Translations under genes and position numbers: made by a program
The notes under the pieces: generated by a model
What the model was told of the DNA's origin: nothing
What the model saw: only the letters and a program-made list of their open reading frames with translations
The model's database searches: none
Assembly: GCF_964355755.1 (NCBI RefSeq)
Contig: NC_092678.1
Coordinates: 884,422 to 948,421, forward strand
DNA: 64,000 nucleotides
Reading direction: 5' to 3'
From: Antedon mediterranea
Lineage: Eukaryota; Animalia; Echinodermata
Shown here: piece after piece, positions 1-14,200 of the stretch
Layout of the letters: each line of letters opens with the position of its first letter
Position numbering within the stretch: position 1 is the stretch's first letter

Positions 1-3000
1 GAGCCCACAACTCGAACATCTGTCATATAACAATTAAATATGTGTTTGTTATACAAACACAGTAATACAAAAAATAAGGCAATTGTATGGCATTCATCCT
101 CAATTGATGAAATTCGGATTAGGCCCTCTACGTACCCACGAAAGCTACAGTGCAGCTCCCAACATCACAAACGATTGAGGACGTAACGCAAGGACTTAAC
201 CGCAACGCAAGTAATTTTCCCAATAATGACGCGATGAATCATTATTGGTCAAAATGCTTGCGGCGCGCTTACGTCAACGCGCATGCGTTGCTTCCTAGGG
301 AACAACCAAACTTAAAATAGCAAAGGCAACTATTCTGAGAGATATTTTTTTAATTGTTTGAAACCTGTTACGTACCTGTACACACGACTCCTGCATCCTC
401 ATTATGGTTACAATTATGGTTTTTAAATCCGTTATGACGACATTCGTCCAACTTGTTCTCAAAGCCTGTACACTGTACATTATCAAGGAATACTTCACCA
501 ATTCCAGGCCCGTATGCCCCGCAACATTTGGCAGAATTACTGGAACGTGTCGCGTAATTACCAAGCTGGCGGCAAATAACCGCCGCTTCGTTGGAGTCGA
601 ACGAGTCGTCGCAAACGGTACCCCATTCGCCGTCGTTAAACAACTCTACACGTCCTTCTAGCTTATTTTTTCCATCCGCCAGACGGACATTAAAAGCTGT
701 GTAAACAATTAAAGTAGGCTATTAGTGTTTTGTTTAAAACCAGTAATACAAAAAAGGAATATGACAGTTCTAATAACAATTTTGTATTTTGCAAAAAAAA
801 TCAGCAAGGAGGTATAATACAAGGTATGAATGTTATATGATGAAACTCGCTATGTCGAAATAGATTTATGAATTAATTACTGTAAGGTCGAATTATGATT
901 TTGAAAGTATCTGTGAGCGGGGTTGTTTTTGGCATTACGAGGCAATAGTACTATATTATTGTTCGTTTCACTTTCTCTAAGGTTGTGTTCGTAAAATCTA
1001 AATAACGCAATGCTATATCAATATATAACATTGAATTTGATTTCCAATCGTTTTACGCAGGTAACAGTAGTAATTATAAGATTAAATACGATTTGACGCG
1101 TTCAAACATAGATAATAACGGTAAATGTTATTTAGGCCTACGCACGCGCCGATATGATGAGCCCAAACATTGATAACAATGATACATTATATTTACGCGC
1201 GCGTCGATATGATGAGTTCCACCATGGATAACAATGGTACATTTTATTTACGCGCGTGTCGACATGATGAGACCAAATATTGATAATAAAGGTACAATGT
1301 ATTTATGCGCGTGTAAACTCGTCACTGAAGATATCAGCATGTAATAAAATTGCATTGTGATTTTGACCTTAAGTGCCCGGAACAAAGTCACGCTAGCATG
1401 TAATTGAGATCCTATATATCCTCTACTTAATATCAATAAAATGAAAACCTTTGGCAATTGAGGAAACGTTGTAAAGCAAGGGATGTCGCTATAACATATC
1501 CCTAAAATACAGCTAGTGTTCCTTTGCACAACAGTGTGTACTTAAACACGTTGTTAAGTAACAATAGGTGTGTTTATGTTAGCATAGGCAAGGAAATACT
1601 TGTATTAACAGTCTCCTATTTATTTAAATAAACTTCCACACATAGAGATGAACACTTTCTATCGCATATGTAGTTTTATACATACATCCTGACCAAGGCA
1701 TAGTGTTTTCGCAACTTTCTTTCTGGCTGTTTAACTTCACCATTTTGATTCAGGTTTTTGCTTGTTTGAAATTCACAACATTGCTATTTTTCAGTAATGT
1801 ATCAATATGTGTATGATAATTTGAGTTTTGTTTAGCTTTTTATTTCGACTGAACCACAGTTCAGTTTCGGTAATTTTCTTCTTTTTCCAAATTTATGACT
1901 TACATTAACGAATGTTCATAATAATTTTATTATGATGTTTATTTTAGATTATTTATTTTAGAATATAAAAATCTATAGAAAATAACTAAGCTTCATAACT
2001 TAATTCTAACGTTCTATTTTTAGCTATCGTAAAAGTGGAACACCATTGCTACAATGTTGCAACTACTTTCGATAAATCGGTTTCCGATTTAATAATCTAA
2101 AGGAGGACAATTCATTGACTAAAGGTTATCATTAGGGACAATAAGTAATCTATAAGACATCCCTTTGGTAGTTGGACGTGAGAAGAAACAACAAATCATT
2201 TATTTTATACAAATCGCCGAGCTAGATGTGAACACATGTTCAATTCATTTCAAAATTAACATTTATTTCCAAAATGATAGCGTCACCAATAAAGAAAAGA
2301 CTTGTGTCAGGAACGCCAACACAAAAGACTTGTGTCAGGGACGCCAACACAAAACATTCAAAAGCAAACGAAACATATATATACAAAACACAGAAATGAA
2401 AATAACATCAACATTATTCACACTAAAGCTTGCTTATTTATACCATTTGGATGCAACGCAAGGAGGTAAACGCGCCGTAAGTATTTTGACCATTCACGAC
2501 GCGATACGTCATGAGCATTGTCGCCTGTGATTGGTAGATTCACTTGCGTCGCGCCTACGTTGTTGCGTTGCGTTCAGACTGTGGGCTAATGGAAATATTC
2601 ACATTTTCTTACAATTAATTAAACATTCTCCTCCAAGTGAAATACCACTTAAGGGTATCCTAAAATATGGAATAAATGGTATTTAATGAAACATCTGACG
2701 TCAGTAAGTGCGGTACTTGAACTGAGAAGAGTTCTATTCTATTGTAACAACCGTTTTGTGTAAAAGTAAAAATAATGCTCATTTTAGAACGAGATTAAGT
2801 TGTAGAAAATCATACCGCAATAGGTTTTAACAAAATAAAATTAATTTATTATATCTGTAGCTTGAAAACCCAATACAATAATTACTATTTCTTTTATTTA
2901 ATTAGGTTTAAAACAGAAGCAAAATGTAATATAATAAACATTATAAACCAACTGGGTTTTTGTGATATTCCGCGGAAGCAGGGTGTGTCGAATATGGCAA

Positions 3001-4194
3001 AAATACCCACGGGACGCATTGCTCGTGTCCTTGAAAAAGCTGCTATATATTAAACAATTTCAAAGATAATTTTGTTTATATCACTACGAATTTAATATTT
3101 TGTTGTATTTGTTGAGCGGAAATTAAGACACCTTAAAACAATACGAGGAAGTAAGTAGCAAGATCTTGACATACAATCATAATTTATTTAAAAAAAATAG
3201 AAGCATATTATAATATAAAAAAACCGCGATAAATCAATTGGGTTTTTGGGATACTCCGCGGAAGCAGAGGGTGTGCCGTGATGGGAAAAAAAATCCCCAC
3301 GGGACGCATTGCTCGTGTCTTTGAAAAGCTGCTATTTATTAAACAATTTCAAAGATAATTTTGTTTAAATCGTATTACGAATTTAAAAACATTTTGTTTT
3401 GTACTTGTTGAGCGGAAATTGACACCTTAAAACAATACGAGGAAGTAGTCAGCATGTCGAGAGTCAATGTAGATTACAGTATCTAGATATGACTTACAGT
3501 GTAGTGGTATGAACTAAATATGAGTTTTAGTCAGTTTTAGTGACAACTTTCGAATATTGTACTGTTTTACTATTTGTCTTTCCATGGGTTAGTTATGCTT
3601 GGTTTTCACGTGCATAGACCTATCCGCAAACAAAGTATGTTTGACCAATCACAAGCAACAGTTTGGACGATCGCTTATGATTGGTCGAATTATTTGCGCG
3701 TTGGGTGTGCGTCCTTGCGTCGCGCACACTTTCTCTAATGCACAACGCCAGTGCCACACCCAACGTATTGTTATCACAATACAATTAGATCATTATTTAC
3801 TGGCAAAATGCATGATTTACTGGAAGCTAAGTTTTCAGACCGTTGGACGCGAATTTATAATTTGATAAATAAATGTCTGTATACAAAACATGAGAGCAAT
3901 TATAATTTGAATTGCGAACAATGGTATATTTAATTCCACACGGAATTTTGTTTTTTCTTCTAAAAAAGATTTGAAACAAGGATGAACGGTAACGAATGGT
4001 ATGAAGTGTAAATGTATCTAATAGCGTGTAGAGCATAAACACACATAGATACGTGACTACTGTACCAGCATGATACTTAAGTTCAACTTACTTGGTGATG
4101 GTAGATTTGTTGTTGGTTCAATCATCCAGCCTTCAACGTTCACTACTAAGACAGCACACACAATTAGCAAGGGACGTCCAACGCCTACTGCCAT
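1..4194 (-). CDS. SRCR (scavenger receptor cysteine-rich) domain protein, 5' part; continues off the left edge
   Basis: Signal-peptide exon 4194-4092 (MAVGVGRPLLIVCAVLVVNVEGWMIEPTTNLPSP, phase-1 gtaag donor). Full SRCR exon 696-376 (phase 1-1: VRLADGKNKLEGRVELFNDGEWGTVCDD...ICRQLG...VFLDNVQCTGFENKLDEC...HNCNHNEDAGVVC). Start of a probable next SRCR exon at 19-1 (DVRVVG). Joining the signal exon to the SRCR exon is inferred from phase and proximity. Confidence 0.8.
376..696 (-). CDS. SRCR domain exon
   Basis: 321-bp AG/GT-bounded exon with the canonical SRCR motifs GRVE, WGTVCDD, CRQLG, LDNVQC and EDAGVVC. Confidence 0.95.
2950..3447. repeat. Local direct duplication of about 200 bp
   Basis: 2950-3153 is similar to 3236-3447 (gggttttt...cgcggaagcag...cccacgggacgcattgctcgtgtc...aaaacaatacgaggaagta). 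Confidence 0.85.
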
Positions 4195-5627
4195 TATTAG
4201 AGAGTTTCTTCTCGCCAACACTTATGTCCAAATGTCCCAGAAAAAACGAGATGATATTGGCGAAACTTGGCGATGTTAGATAAACTCCCGGTCCTCGTTA
4301 ACTCCCGGTTCATTGGTTGAATTTTTTCATTTGATGTCGTCATGTATAATTACGGAAGTTATCTTGTCAAGACGGAAAGTGGAGAGGGTCACAATCTCGT
4401 ATAGCAGCACCAAGGCCTAATCCACGGCTTCCGTAACATCGCATAACATTGAAAGTAGTCACTTGTTGCTGGACCGACGACAGCGTTCACATTATCCCCT
4501 AAACTATACAAAGCGTTATATAACAAAATATTAATTGTTTAAATTGATAATTAAATTATTCTACAATAAAAGTGTTTAAATTAAAGCCATAACATCGACA
4601 TGGAATTTTAGCTTATAATGTGCAAGGCAAATAATGTGACAAATATTATCACAAAGTGATGGCTCATCAAAGCTGTGCCTTGTGGTTGGTCGAATTCCTT
4701 GCGCGTACGATCGAGTGGTGAGAATTAAGCTTTTGGCAAAGTTTAGTTTAAACTTTGTTTCCAGTAGGACGCAACACAAGGTCGTACACGCAACGCAAGC
4801 AATCAGAAGCACATGACTATTTCAACTGTTAATTGTCATTGGTCAAATTACTTGCGTACCGCGTACATCCTTGCGTTGCGGCCATAGTGGGAACCAAGCT
4901 TTACTATTGCGTAACAGCAGTGGTGTAAACTCAGGTAGAAAAGAAGCTTACAAAGTTCAATTTCCGACGACAACAATCATTGTCATCAAATTGTGGTTTC
5001 ACTCTGCCGCACTTCCAATTGTGAAATTTATTTCCGAAACATCAAGGTCTGCTGTGAGCACAAGACTAATAATAATATCCTATACAATGGATTAATATCA
5101 TTTCTATCACTTTTGGACGCGCGTACATAAATATTAATTGTATCAGGGTTTGTACGCGTTAAGTTATCAAAGTGTTAATAACTTAGGAAGCAGCTTGTAA
5201 AATGAAACAAGTTCCGATAGAATATTTATAAGTGATCTCATGACACTACCAAGCAGTAGGATTAGTTAAATAATAGCCGGGTTCGATGCACTTTTTCTTT
5301 GTTACTGGAACCTATGTGTACCTATTGCCACAATGCCTATATCAAAGAGGTACGAATTCTGAGTAGATTTGTTTTAATGGTTCTACAGGTAAGATGTTAC
5401 CGGTAACTTTAAGCGACAGTTCGGATGATAAATTGAAATAATGTCCCCGCCTTTATCCTCGCGTTACACGTACGCCTTTGCGTTGCACGCAAGTCCTAGC
5501 GTTACACGTTCGTCCTTGCGCTGTATGTTCTTCGTCTTCGCGTTGCACATACGTCACCACCAGGCGCTGTACAATTGGTATGATACATGGTTATAATCAA
5601 CGGTGAAGAAATATTACATCAATATCA

Positions 5628-6060
5628 TGTGCATAACTCGTGTGAAACAACCCTTATCCATACATCACATGACTCGTGTAAAACAACCCTGATCCATACA
5701 TCACATGACTCGTGTAAAACAACCCTGATCCATACATCACATGACTCGTGTAAAACAACCCTGATCCATACATCACATGACTCGTGTAAAACAACCCTGA
5801 TCCATACATCACATGACTCGTGTAAAACAACCCTGATCCATACATCACATGACTCGTGTAAAACAACCCTAATCCATACGTCACATGACTCGTGTGAAAC
5901 AACCCTCATCCATACATCACTCGTGTAAATCAACCCTCATCCATACATCACTCGTGTAAATCAACCCTCATCCATACATCACATGACTCGTGTGAAGCAA
6001 CTCTAATCCACAGGTCACATGACTCGTGTGAAACAAACCGTATTTACCCGTCACATGACC
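5628..6060. repeat. 36-bp minisatellite, about 11 copies
   Basis: Unit cacatgactcgtgtaaaacaaccctgatccatacat. Confidence 0.95.
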
Positions 6061-6475
6061 CACTTACCTACATTCGTTGCGGATACAAAATATATAGGCC
6101 TTTATACACTTTAATACAATGTCAAGTTATGTAATGATAAAACGACAATACCATAATTACTTAACTCTTTGAATTACCAATACTAATTACTGCACGAATA
6201 AATAATATATTAAAGTATTATTACCATTTATAGTATCTGTTTAATTGTATTCATTGAGTTACTTACGGTAGGCCTACTATTACAAGGTAACCATCTATAA
6301 TCTTATACATATATCCTGGTTGTTTTGGACGCAATTCTGCCAGGCTTAGCGTACCGTACAACTACATGTGTCTGCCATGAATATTCTATGTTTACGTGCA
6401 ATATAATTGATATATTTCACCTTAATTACAGGCATTATCTATTATATTCCTGTTTAACGCCCACTTTAATCTTAA

Positions 6476-6648
6476 GGTTGGTTCTCACTAGAACGTAACG
6501 CAAGGACGTAAACGCAACGCAAGCGTTTTAACCAATGACAAACGAAGTTATAGACAGTTAGCAATCACAAGCGAATAAGCCATCGCTTGTAATTGGTCAA
6601 TTCAGTTGCGTTGCGTCCTTGTGTTGCGTCGCTAGTGGGAACCACGCT
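6476..6648. mobile_element. MITE family A (Tourist/PIF-Harbinger-like), full copy
   Basis: TIR (A)GCKTGGTTCCCACTAG, internal ACGCA repeats and inverted CCAAT boxes, TAA/TTA flanks. Near-identical to the reverse complement of 44591-44758. Confidence 0.8.
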
Positions 6649-7331
6649 TTAGTGATACTCTGAACACTATGATGCACATGTGGCCTAAATACCGCCACGT
6701 AACAAAATGACCACCTGGTTGAGCATGTAAATACATGGGCTGGCATATACCATTCGTTTTACTTCAATAAAGATAGAAGTAACAGAGGCTTTATTTATCA
6801 AACCAGTTATTCATATCTTATTAAATCGACTTTATCGTCAAATATTTGAGAAGAGAGCAAAATCATTTATGTCCTACTTAAACATCATTTATAGCCTAGT
6901 AGGCATATTTAAACAAAGTTAATATTTTGTTAAAGCGCAAACCTTTTCTCAGTATAAAATCATTAAATAAATAAGCATGTTTGCTTTACATACAATATTG
7001 AATTACATTATCATATATATATTATAATTATAGCTTTTCAGTACAAAATGCAACATCTTAAGGATAGATAACTGTAAAATAAAAACGTCCAACATCAGAG
7101 AAATAAAATAGTGCATATTATTTCAAATTGTACAAGTTTTAAAAAACGCAAATTATAAACATTGGACAGCTATGCGAAGAGAAATGTGTGCACTAAAAAA
7201 CATATATTTACAATATTTTTAAACATTAATGTTGCTAGAGATATTATTTTTTTATTGTTTCTCTACTCTATCCATTTCAAGTTTTGATTTGCCATGATTA
7301 ATTTGTTTGAAGGTTTGCATGGCGAAATCAA

Positions 7332-7430
7332 ATGTTGATATAAAGTTTGCGGTACACCACGTGTATTAGTTCTGAAACAGTTCTTTTCAGAACTAATACA
7401 TGTGGTGTACCGCAAACTTTATATCAACAT
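7332..7430. repeat. 99-bp near-perfect inverted repeat (46-bp arms, 7-nt loop)
   Basis: atgttgatataaagtttgcggtacaccacgtgtattagttctgaaa-cagttct-tttcagaactaatacatgtggtgtaccgcaaactttatatcaacat, one mismatch. Confidence 0.95.
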
Positions 7431-7734
7431 GATTAATTTATGAATAATAATTTATAAGAACTTGCAGTCAACCACCAATACTTAAAAAAATAATGCTAGA
7501 GAGAGAGAGAGAGAGGGAGAGATGGAGAGAGGGGTGAGGGAGAGAGGGAGAGAGGGGTGAGAGGGAGAGAGGGAAGCCAAAACATACGTATGAACAATCG
7601 TTTAAAGTGTGAACAGAGAAATCATATATGTAAGATATAGATCAAATCATGGACAAATTAATTCGTATAATTCGTTTGTCCATGAGCTGATGAAACACAA
7701 CACTATCAGAAAACTTTGGGGATTTCCCATAAAA

Positions 7735-7940
7735 CATCGTGAATTAGTGACGTCATAGATCAACACAGCTTGCTCATACCCGATCCTCTCTACTGTATCT
7801 CCACATCGTGAATTAGTGACGTCATAGATCAACACAGCTTGCTCATACCCGATCCTCTGTACTGTATCTCCACATCGTGAATTAGTGACGTCATAGATCA
7901 ACACAGCTTGCTCATAGCCGATCCTCTCTACTGTATCTCA
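7735..7940. repeat. 69-bp tandem repeat, 3 copies
   Basis: Unit catcgtgaattagtgacgtcatagatcaacacagcttgctcatacccgatcctctctactgtatctcca. Confidence 0.95.
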
Positions 7941-8292
7941 ACATTCTTTAACATTACCTCGCTTCCTTTTAATGCATCATTTTTTTAATAAAATATAAAT
8001 TTCAAATTATTACCAAAAGAACTCATATCAATTAAATTATACAGTAATAACAACAAATCTAATATATAATCTAAAGCTGTCTACACTATCAAACTTTATG
8101 TGACAAAAAAATATGATATGGACATTACGATGTCATATCACTACCATATTTGGACATATCACTACCAAATTTGGACAAATCACTACCATATTTGGTAAGA
8201 ATAATAATACTGTAATCATGGAGCTATAATTAATTTTTGAGCTGTAATAACTAAAAGATTGGCAGTAATTTCGATCAAATTAAGAATCACAG

Positions 8293-11200
8293 CTAATTTT
8301 GAAAAAAGTTTTTGTGAGTGAATGACGATAGGTCTTGCAGGTCTGAGTTGGTGTCCTTTGGTTCATTTGTACCTTCTGTTGTCGATAGCAATCCAGCTAG
8401 GCCTACAGACGTGTCAATTTGAGATGGAGACACAAAGGTGTTGTCTCCCTGGGAAAGGCGGGATAAACTAGAACTAGCATTGCTGTTAGGTTGTCTATGT
8501 ATATGCATTGCGTTACTTAAAATGTTTGTTGAATTTGAAAACGAATGATTTGGTTGTGAAAATACAGATGTTGGCATGGAAACACCACCACCAGAGTATG
8601 GCTGCCACCATGAACTTTGACCGGCTGACGACGATGATGATGCAGAGGTCTGACTGCTTTCAACCCAGGAGTTAGCAGATACTCCTGAGGTTTGTGGAAC
8701 CACACCAGATGTCTGTTTGTCGATGTTAAAACGGTTGGCAGAATTATTAGAACAATTAGCAGTAAGGGGAACGACCTGAGCACTTGGCAGTAAGCAGGTT
8801 GACGGTTTTGTTGTACTCTGTGTAACTACTGGGTTACTATTACCCAATGTTGACCCAATTGGTGCTGCGGTCATTATAGGTTTCCACCGTTGACCTGTGA
8901 CCTGGCTCTGACCTGTGACCGGATCTGACAAGTCCACCAACTGGGTGCCAGAGGCTATTGCAGACTGTGGCACTTCAGTATTATCTCTGATGGCAAGAAT
9001 TCTGCCATCATTAGTCCGCAAGTACATTCCTTTCTGTGTCTTTATAAACGTCACATTCTCTCCAGCTCTGATAACCTGTGGTTGTGATGTTGTTAATGTG
9101 GTGGTGTTTGGCAAGACAATGTCTGAAAGACATTAATTAGAATAATAATACAATTATACATACATACATACAATTGAATATAATCTAGCCTTTTTAATAT
9201 ACTTTTTAGATATTAGAATTGTTTAGTTGAAATTGCATAGGATCTATTTTTTATTTAGGTTAAAGTAGTAATACAAAAAATACATTAAACTACATTAATG
9301 TATGTTGCATAAATGTATGTATGTTAGTTGTTGCATAAATGTATGTATGTTAGTTGTTACATAATGTATGTATGTTAGTTGTTACATAAATGTATGTATG
9401 TTAGTTGTTACATAAATGTATGTATGTTAGTTGTTACATAAATGTATGTATGTTAGTTGTTACATAAATGTATGTATGTTAGTTGTTACATAAATGTATG
9501 TATGTTAGTTGTTACATAAATGTATGTATGTTCATTTAATGTTTATTTTCAATAATACTTGTTTACATTGAAGAAGCAAACTGAAACACAACACTAAAGA
9601 GAAATACAAATAGAAACATGCAAATGTCATTCTTGTCTTATTGTACTTTTAAATTTCTATCAAAGTGCAAAGATTATAATTGAACTTATAATATTTATCT
9701 CTAATAGAAGATCATATTTAAATTAAATTTGAGACCCAAATATAGTAGTAAAAATGTTATATTCACAGAGAATCATTGAAAATACTTTTTGTTTCAAAGA
9801 TAATATTATGATATAGAAAGGGTGTCATTAGTTGACCCATGGGTGGCTGTAATCACATCCTAACATTCTAACAATGACATTCAAAGAAATATGATAACTA
9901 GTTCAAAGGTCAAAATCATTCTATGTATTAGTAATTAAATACAAGGACTTGCGTGGGTACATTATTGTAAAACGTAATTTGACACATTTCGGAAATAAAT
10001 ACAATGAAAACTATAATGCTTAACATAGAAAGTTAGCCTTTGCTGGGCTTGTTTGCAAGATATCCTTAAGTTCTGTCTACACTATCAAATTGTATGTGAC
10101 ATAAATATGAACATGATGATGTCATATCACTACCATATTTGGGCATATCACTACCATATTTAGGCATATCACTACCATATTTGTCAAACTAGTTTGATAG
10201 TGTTAACAGAGCTTGAAAACAATATACATAGTGCATACATTGACCATTTACTACTCTTGGGTAAACTACAGGCGCAAAAATTATGTTAGTGATGCATTTC
10301 CAGTTTATTTATAGTGTGCGAAGGAGATGCTGAGAGGGTAAGGTGTCAGGTTTAATGTATGGTTCCCACTAGAGACACAGCACAACAACGTAACGCAATG
10401 CAAGGGATTTGACCAATCACAAGCGATGAATTATTCAAACTGTGGCTTGTCATTGGTCAACTCACTTGCATTGGGAACCAAGTGTAAGATGCTTGATTAT
10501 TGGAAGATTTCAAATTAATTAAGTATAAGTATTAATTAATTAAGTATCAATTAAGTTTTTAAAAAAAATATAACCTTGGATTAAGAGACACTTGAGACAG
10601 AAACAAAATACAATTCTAAACTATTTAAATTGTAGAGAGGGTGGTTGTACTTACCTGTGGTGCAGACTATTCTTTGTACAGACACTCCAGCCTGCTTTAA
10701 ACTCTCCATCTTATCTTGCGATGATGGCATTTGTTTATGTAGAGGTACCATTGGTATAGGAGTAGATTGCATTGGGCGTACATTGGCGACAGGCCTTGCT
10801 AATGTATGTGATGGGTATCTAAAAGAACGAATATTCAATATTATTGGGCGTACATTGCAGTTTATAACAAAATATTCTTGATACAAAAATATTCCAGACA
10901 TACAATATTTAAATAAAGCTACCATGATTAATTCTATGAAGAACCATGATTTAAATATAGCCAATTCAATAACAGTTTTTCTAATAAATTCACATTTATT
11001 CAACAATATAAATAGTTACATTACAGGGATTTTACAGAGACAAGTAATTGTCAGTAGTGTAAGACACTTTAGAAAAAAATAAATATTATCACAAAGAAAA
11101 AAACATGAAAAGAGGTTTTAAAGGTACAATAAGTTGGAAAATAATAAATAAATGAGCAAAAGTATAAAATACATATAATACATATAATTTAAAACTAAAT

Positions 11201-14200
11201 AAATACATATGTGTGTACACTCACTGTTTTAAGATAATGGAATAAAATAATTCATTTTTAAAAATGTAAGCAAAAATGAACATACTTGTTAAATACAGAG
11301 TTATTCCATGGTCCTGCCATGTTGTTAGGGAGTGGATGTGGTGCTCCTTTAGGGTAAAATGCAGCATATGACGGCCTAGAGTATGATATGTTCAACATCT
11401 TTTCTTCCTCATAACTTTTCTTTGCTTGTCGTTTCTCTGCTTTAGTTAGACTATTATTGCTGATATCCTCATGCAGTGAATCTGTACAATGTGGAGCCTA
11501 TAAAAAAAATACAGAATACAGTTATTATTTTCTCATACATTTGTTTGACTCTTAAGGCCAATTTACACATACGATCGGTAACGGTAATACAAATATAACA
11601 TTTGGTGTTTAGTCGCGTTTCCTCCAATTGGGACAGACTACTCTCTTGTTGCACAAATGTCAGGCGCTAATAATAATGACCAGTACACTGAAAAGATGTA
11701 CTGGGTTCTGTGCACACAAGCCAGCTGATATTCTTTAATTACCATGGAGATAATAATTGCTGTGTTCTTCACAGATATCTTTCAGAATGTTATCACTATA
11801 TTGATATGTCAATTACCTTAGATAATATATTGCTGTGTTCTTCACAGATATCTTTCAGAATGTTATCACTATATTGATGTTTCAAATGACTAAAGTCCTC
11901 AAATGGTTCGTCGCTTTCGTCGTAGTCCATCAGACTTTCAACTTCTTTCTTGGTCAGACATAATTTTGGATTTAATTCATCGACAACACGATCTATAAAT
12001 GAATGAATAAATTAAACAAAAATTTACAAATTAAAGGAGTATCACTTTTTTTCACCTTTCCTGATAGGTGTAAGAAATATGTTTTATTCATTTAGGATTT
12101 ATTAATAAAGAAATTAATTTAAAACAAACTCTGAAAAAAGAGAGGCAAGCCATTATCATGTAAATTAACAAAATAAATGATTTTCCATGATAATAAGAAA
12201 TATATGTTAAAAAGTTAGGGTTTTAAGTGTGAAAGTTAAAGCAGACACTTGGCCAACCAATACCAGTAACTTAGCTGGTTTGCTTTTGTCTTTGCTGTAA
12301 AAAAAACTTCATAAAAGATTTTACACAGAATGTTAATTTTATTATTTATACTTTGAAATCTAAGAACTTAGTTGTGGAATGTCCAGCTAAGGCCTGCTTG
12401 TAACTTAGCTGGTTTGCTTTTGCTGTATAAAAGTTCATCAAAGAATTGTATCATTTATGTTTTGAAATCTAGGAACTAAGACATTTCTTGCCTAGTTTAG
12501 AGGTCCACACACAATGAAAACCAGGATGTGGTCTGACCCAGCATTAAGAAAGGTAAACACAATTAAACACTGGACGTTGTGTTTATAAACAATATCCTAT
12601 TGTGAATGATAACAATGTATTGTTCTTTTAAATGGAAATGGATATATATATTTTAATGGCAAGGAAGTCATTTATAAAAAAATTTGATTGTATAATCCAA
12701 ATTTCCTTTAAATTAAAACCAGTAAAGAGTAATTCCGGATTTAAATGTCCAAATTTCCTTTTAACTTAAAACTAGTAAAGGGTAACATTGATATCATAAC
12801 TTATTTTTCAACAAAAGTGAAACTCTCATTTTAAAATGTGATGATACAGGATTATTTTCGCAATTTTCAATGATATAGAATCTATTAAATTAACATAGAA
12901 TCTATTAAATAAAAAAATGAATTCTAACCAGAGATTCCTTGCTTAGAAATTTGTCGATCATATATCTTCTTTTCTAATGTTTTGTCGGTAACAAATCTAT
13001 ACACATGACATTTTTTGGTTTGTCCGTAGCGATACACGCGGCACACGGCTTGGGCGTCATGACATGGATTCCAAGATGCATCGAAAACGACAACTCTATT
13101 AGCACCAATCAAATTAATCCCAAGCGAACCAGCTCTGTAAATTAATACAAATAATTAAGTATGCTACCAAACTACTTTGACAAAAAAGTGTGATGTGCAC
13201 AAATATGGTAGTGATATGACATCATCATGTCCATATATGGGCACATCACATTTTTTGTCACATAAAGTTTGATAATGTAGACAGAGCCTTAGTGAATAAG
13301 AGTGAAAGTTAACAACAGAAATTAAACAATTAAAATGAATTACCTTGTTGAAAGTAGAAATAACCATTGTTGATTGTTATTTGGTTTGTTAAATTGACCA
13401 ATCAATCTCTCTCGTTCAGAAGGAGGTGTACTACCATCAAGACCTGCACAATAATTAAATGATGAATACTTATTGTACCTATCTGCTGTTTTAATTTGTC
13501 ATTAATGCTTCATTGTATAATACAGTAGTAGAAGTGTCCCTTTAATAGGGCTGTCTGTCTGTCTGTCACTTCGTTATACAGTTTCAGTAGAAGAACCCCT
13601 TTAAGTGTCCCCTTAATAGGGCTGTCTGTCTGTCTGTCACTTCGTTATACAGTTTCAGTAGAAGAACCCCTTTAAGTGTCCCCTTAATAGGGCTGTCTGT
13701 CTGTCTGTCACTTCGTTATACAGTTTCAGTAGAAGAACCCCTTTAAGTGTCCCCTTAATAGGGCTGTCTGTCTGTCTGTCACTTCGTTATACAGTTTCAG
13801 TAGAAGAACCCCTTTAAGTGTCCCCTTAATAGGGCTGTCTCCTAATTAAGGGTTGGCTGTCGTGTTAACATACATATTGCCTGTAGTTAGTTTCACAGTA
13901 AAGTTTCCCCTTGAAGGCCAATTTACACAGACGAGCAGAAACGGTGAATGGAAAATCGTGTTGCTTCTCCCACATAGAATATGTATCTATTCTGAGCAGA
14001 AACCGCCGTCGGTCCTCATAACATAGGTTCTATATTTGTATTACCATTACCATGACTCATCTGTGTAAATTGTTCTTAATATATGTCCCAAAGGAATGGT
14101 TTTACTATAGATTAATTGAGTTCAACAGCAGTTGAATTGATTGATTTAAAAATATGAATAGTAAACTTACGAAAGTAGGAATGGTTTCGTTGCCATTTGG

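Noticed and set aside
5587-5933. Repetitive ORFs on both strands
   Set aside because: Translation of a 36-bp minisatellite.
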